Below are positions 60,161 through 64,000 of a stretch of 64,000 bases of DNA, one piece after another (position 1 is the stretch's first letter; every line of letters begins with the position of its first letter). Below the pieces are notes generated by a model that saw only the letters and a list, made by a program, of their open reading frames with translations, ran no database searches and had not been told where the DNA came from. The DNA is from an uncultured Methanosarcinales archaeon. GTDB taxonomy: Archaea > Nanobdellota > Nanobdellia > Woesearchaeales > CAYVYK01. The stretch spans positions 62,001 through 126,000 of the forward strand of contig CAYVYK010000003.1 of assembly GCA_964455675.1 (NCBI GenBank), read 5' to 3'. The translations under genes were made by a program, and so were the position numbers.

Positions 60161-61183
60161 ATGAGGAAGCATTCAATACACGGGGGAGCATTGCAGCCAC
60201 CACAGCGCCCAAAACACATGCATAGCGGAATCTTCCTTGACCGAGTACGGACACTCTGGGCTGTCATGCTTATTCTCCTCATCGTTGCCGTATTCCTTGT
60301 AGCGAGCAATCTACAGACCATGGAACAACAAGACGAGGAACCTGCCGCGGAATCCCGGCCTGTAACCGTAGATCTCTTCGTGATGAGCAAGTGCCCGTAT
60401 GGACTATCTGCAGAACGAAGCCTCTTCTCACTTGAGCGCCAGCTCGGCGATCAACTCAAACTCAATCTCCACTACATCAGCACGGATCTACGGAACGGAA
60501 GCTTTGTCAGCCTCCATGGCGAATCAGAAACAAAGGGAAATATCATCCAGCTGTGCCTTCTTACGCATGAGAGCGCCCGCGCACACAGCATCATTGAATG
60601 CATGAACAAGGATCCGCGAAAGATTCCTGACAACTGGTTGGAATGCAGCGACGGAATATCAACGGAAAAAATCATTGCCTGCGCGAAGGGAAACGAGGGA
60701 GCGCAACTTCTGTCAAACTCCGCACGAGAAGCAGCAGAATCAGGAGCCGGATCAAGCCCAACCATCTTTGTTGACGGACAGCGCTACCAGGGGGGAAGAA
60801 ATCCAAGCGATCTATTAAGGAAAATATGTGAGCGCCTCAGTGAACAACCTGCGGTGTGCACGTCCGTTGAGGTTGCGCGAGTCAACCTCATTATCCTTAA
60901 TGATGAACAGTGCACGACATGCGTATCACTCGCTTCCAACCTCGCCCTGCAGCTCGGAGCGCGATTCCCCAACTTGGAAGTCACGTACATCGACTATCAA
61001 AGTCCCGAAGGGCGTCAACTCTATACTATGCTGAACGTAACAGAACTACCTATCCTTGTGTTCGATGAATCAATCCTTGAGAGTCCCGAGTACAGCAGCA
61101 TGGAGAGGTACCTTGACGAAACGAACGGATTCTACAAGCTCCGGACAAAATCAACCCACAATCCATCGGTTGACTCCACATGA
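60161..61183 (+). CDS. Membrane-anchored thioredoxin-fold (GILT/DsbA-like) protein
   Basis: FVMS.CPYG, SLHG..E, Q.C, SPT, second domain with CxxC and LP. Confidence 0.8.
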   Translation: MRKHSIHGGALQPPQRPKHMHSGIFLDRVRTLWAVMLILLIVAVFLVASNLQTMEQQDEEPAAESRPVTVDLFVMSKCPYGLSAERSLFSLERQLGDQLKLNLHYISTDLRNGSFVSLHGESETKGNIIQLCLLTHESARAHSIIECMNKDPRKIPDNWLECSDGISTEKIIACAKGNEGAQLLSNSAREAAESGAGSSPTIFVDGQRYQGGRNPSDLLRKICERLSEQPAVCTSVEVARVNLIILNDEQCTTCVSLASNLALQLGARFPNLEVTYIDYQSPEGRQLYTMLNVTELPILVFDESILESPEYSSMERYLDETNGFYKLRTKSTHNPSVDST

Positions 61184-61998
61184 TCTTCCAGCCATTTCGT
61201 AGACTTGTCAATTCATTCCGGTACCGAAATTTTCTTCTTATCATCATGGCCGATTTCCTCTTCTTCTTCTGCTACGGCCTTGTCGTGCAGCCGCTTCTTA
61301 ACCTGATGCTTGGTCACATCACAGCAGGACTTTTGGAACTATCACGAGCGACGGCTGAAGCCGGAAGAAGCGCATTCATGACTGGGCAGCCTCCCTACAG
61401 TCCAGAGTTCATCAGCGGAATAAAGTATGGAGCCATATTTGGCATCCTCGCATTCCTTGTCTTCTGCTTCATCTACATATTCTTCCAGTCAGTATCATGG
61501 TGGAGCGCAGCATCAGCATCCGGGATTAAAATACAGTATGTCGATTACTTAAAACGGTTTACAAAAAGTCACTTGATCCTATGGTTTCCACTATTCCTTC
61601 TCTACCAGATTCTTTCACTTGCGCTTGCGCTGAATACACAAATTCAGCGACGCATACAACCAGATTATCAGGGCATTGTGCTGCCCATCATTCTCTATAC
61701 CCTAAGTATTTTCTTTTTGCTCGCATTGTTAAATCACTACCTCATCCTTCATAAGGACAAGCCCAATAGAAACGCGTTCAGACTATTTGTTACACGAAAT
61801 ATCACGCTAGTTCCACTCTATATTATTATTGCTGGAGTCGGATACGGATGGATGACGCTTCTTGGCACTCTCCAGGGACATCTTAGCATGATTGTATGGA
61901 CTATTCTTGTGAACATTGTTACTATGGCACTCCTCGCGCTGCTGCGATTGCTCAGCGCTGTATGGCTTATTGAAAATCATTTTGAGAAAAACTGTTAA
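61180..61998 (+). CDS. Multi-pass membrane protein
   Basis: About 6 TM helices; ATGA overlap with the upstream gene. Confidence 0.75.
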   Translation: MIFQPFRRLVNSFRYRNFLLIIMADFLFFFCYGLVVQPLLNLMLGHITAGLLELSRATAEAGRSAFMTGQPPYSPEFISGIKYGAIFGILAFLVFCFIYIFFQSVSWWSAASASGIKIQYVDYLKRFTKSHLILWFPLFLLYQILSLALALNTQIQRRIQPDYQGIVLPIILYTLSIFFLLALLNHYLILHKDKPNRNAFRLFVTRNITLVPLYIIIAGVGYGWMTLLGTLQGHLSMIVWTILVNIVTMALLALLRLLSAVWLIENHFEKNC

Positions 61999-62021
61999 AC
62001 ACCGCCTGCTTCTTTCACGAC

Positions 62022-62933
62022 ATGCAGCTTATCCCCCTCGTACCCGTGCACCTCAATGATCCTCATCTCCCTTTGAAAATCCAAGCCCTGAAACGAGCAG
62101 TGAACGAGCTACGGATACCTCAGATCGGCCTTGAGCTGCAACTCCGCACGAAACGCGACGTGCAGACGATTGCCGAGAACAACTCGTTTCTCACAGGATT
62201 GTCAGAAGAACTTACTAACCTTGGACTTCAACCTCACATTCGCATCCGTATCATCGACCGCAGTTTTGATTGTGCAACATGGGGTCCACTCCTCAAGAAA
62301 ATCTCCAGGAACAATATCAAAGGCATCACCATTCCTCCCGATGCAGAGCTGTCGCTTCGTGATTACTGGACATACCGCAAAGGAATGCCATTCGACTATG
62401 AGGACAAGGTGCAGCTCCTTAGAAAAATCTCGGCTCAGCTGCGCAAACTTTCCTCGCAGGTCAATCTCTCTGTAGAGAATCGCGCGCTACGATCGACAAA
62501 ACAATTTACGTCGGTAGTTGGGCACTATCCTTATGAATTCCTCGATCACTTCATTCCAGCCGGATGCGGCGTTACCCTCAATACCTCAGCCATGGGGATA
62601 CACATCGAAGCATGCAGAAAATTTGCCGGCGGATATCGCATTGAAGGCTACTTCTCCGAAGAGCTGCCCCAAGCGCACGAGGTTGCGGACAATGCAGGAG
62701 GCGCGTTCATGGCTCTAGCTCCACATACAAAAAGCTTCATCCTCGGCGTCAACCGGGGGCTAGGAGGACAGGGACACAGCCCAGGAACGCCGGGAACACT
62801 CTCCCTTGAAGAATACAAGTATTTTCTCCGAGCATACCTTGCAGCAGGAGAAGGCGAGGCGGGAGCGACACTCATCATACGAGAAGGTGTAACCACATAC
62901 ACGATGCTCAAAACGTTGCGCGAATTCTATTAG
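62022..62933 (+). CDS. Degenerate xylose-isomerase/AP-endonuclease-2-like TIM barrel
   Basis: GLEL, LSVEN, VTLNT and G.H..G.G.L pattern; most metal ligands missing. Confidence 0.55.
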   Translation: MQLIPLVPVHLNDPHLPLKIQALKRAVNELRIPQIGLELQLRTKRDVQTIAENNSFLTGLSEELTNLGLQPHIRIRIIDRSFDCATWGPLLKKISRNNIKGITIPPDAELSLRDYWTYRKGMPFDYEDKVQLLRKISAQLRKLSSQVNLSVENRALRSTKQFTSVVGHYPYEFLDHFIPAGCGVTLNTSAMGIHIEACRKFAGGYRIEGYFSEELPQAHEVADNAGGAFMALAPHTKSFILGVNRGLGGQGHSPGTPGTLSLEEYKYFLRAYLAAGEGEAGATLIIREGVTTYTMLKTLREFY

Positions 62934-62939
62934 ATCTAT

Positions 62940-63938
62940 TCATGCTGCGGCACGACGTGCGGGCCTTGACGCCGCCCTCGCTTGGGCATACTCCAACCTC
63001 TGATAGTCCTGTGAAAGCCGTACGCGGACATTGTCCACCTTTCGGATTGACGTCCTGTCAAGCTTTGAAATAAAAATCTCGGAATAGTCAACCATATCCT
63101 TGAGCTCTTTCCAGTGCGCATCAAAGTCGCCCTTCACCTCAGGAGCAAGACCTGCCTGCACGAGCGCAGTCAGCCTGAAACTCAGAGAATTCGAGCGGGT
63201 CGTGATGCGACGAATGAGTACGGTTGAATCAACGATCTCACGGTTTATAGCGGTAATCTCGCGATTCATATCATTCTCTAATTTACCGAGCAGACTTTGA
63301 ACCCTGTGAATCATTGACCTCACATTCTGAATCCCTTTCTTTGATCTTGGGATCATGTCAAGAATAGTATCTGCGATGTCATTTCCCACTCTTCTTGTGT
63401 CGCCAGCAGTCCAGCGCTCTCTACGAGCATTGGTCAAGATAAAATTCATCAGCTGACGGTCGGACCTTGGATCACTCTCCCTCAAGGTCTGATGGCCTGC
63501 GTACACATCATAGCCCATCTGGCGATGAAGGCGCAGAACGTTGAACATATTTGTCGCTTGATCACGAATCCTTGAGATCTCCGGCCAGAGCGCAAGGGCA
63601 ATCTCAGGATCAACACTGCGTGTCATTTCATCAAAAGATTCCGCGAGCCGCTCAAGGATTGCCACAAGATTCACTTCAAGCGCGAGCGCCTTCTTCTGAA
63701 TCTGTGTGAGAAGTGCGACGACATCGCCGGCACCCTCGACGTACTGCGTCACAAGACCTGCCAGGACATCAGGATCAACATTCTCAGGAGGGCCAGCAAC
63801 CATAGAGTTCATTACGGGATACGCCTCCAGATAGGCGATGAGCGAATCCTCGGCGGCTTTCGCGTTCTTCACACTACCACGGGCAGTCCAGACCCTAGGA
63901 ACGATTCCCCGGATCTTCGCGCGCGTCCACTCAAACAT
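62940..63938 (-). CDS. Hypothetical alpha-helical/coiled-coil protein
   Basis: 332-aa ORF with heptad-like pattern; GGTGGTG SD. Confidence 0.7.
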   Translation of the reverse strand: MFEWTRAKIRGIVPRVWTARGSVKNAKAAEDSLIAYLEAYPVMNSMVAGPPENVDPDVLAGLVTQYVEGAGDVVALLTQIQKKALALEVNLVAILERLAESFDEMTRSVDPEIALALWPEISRIRDQATNMFNVLRLHRQMGYDVYAGHQTLRESDPRSDRQLMNFILTNARRERWTAGDTRRVGNDIADTILDMIPRSKKGIQNVRSMIHRVQSLLGKLENDMNREITAINREIVDSTVLIRRITTRSNSLSFRLTALVQAGLAPEVKGDFDAHWKELKDMVDYSEIFISKLDRTSIRKVDNVRVRLSQDYQRLEYAQARAASRPARRAAA

Positions 63939-64000
63939 CTACACACCACCCCTTGCGCGCCCGAGAACTTCTTTCACCTGCGCCAGATGGGCGGCGAACG

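Noticed and set aside
1..64000. CRISPR arrays, transposases, integrases, inteins, recoded stop codons
   Set aside because: No repeat-spacer periodicity or mobile-element motifs were seen; RNAP subunits and Lhr show no intein-sized insertions; conserved genes end at standard stop codons.

Overview
A 64 kb archaeal scaffold with one 100-N gap at 377-476. It is most consistent with a DPANN archaeon of the Woesearchaeales type; this is inferred from the split rpoB''/B' and rpoA'/A'' genes, eL15/eL21/eL30, Rpo4, the MNT-HEPN fusion, TATA-box promoters with many short or leaderless transcripts, and several bacterial-type acquisitions. Core content: an extended grpE-dnaK-dnaJ chaperone operon, the tRNA-Asp/tRNA-Lys/rpoH-B''-B'-A'-A''-L30e-nusA-S12-S7 operon, metG, proS, folC, gdh, an Lhr helicase, TYW3 and surface/glycan genes. 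Several notable signals are absent from the ORF track. (1) A ~100-nt four-way-junction RNA with C-rich anti-SD-like loops leads an unannotated 53-aa ORF (26695-26972). (2) tRNA-Asp carries two BHB introns (37/38 and 59/60) and tRNA-Lys carries a D-loop intron; both follow an unexplained ~70-nt hairpin RNA. (3) A secreted-protein gene sits between rps12 and rps7, flanked by an 8-bp direct repeat. (4) A 51-aa hyperacidic microprotein lies beside the chaperone-operon regulator. (5) An eL15-type leader precedes rpl15e. (6) Several apparent pseudo-enzymes occur, including a GH-A-clan lipoprotein with both catalytic Glu replaced by Arg, plus a zinc-less RpoB' clamp. No CRISPR array, transposase, integrase or recognisable rRNA gene was seen. 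All family calls rest on motif recognition, not database searches.
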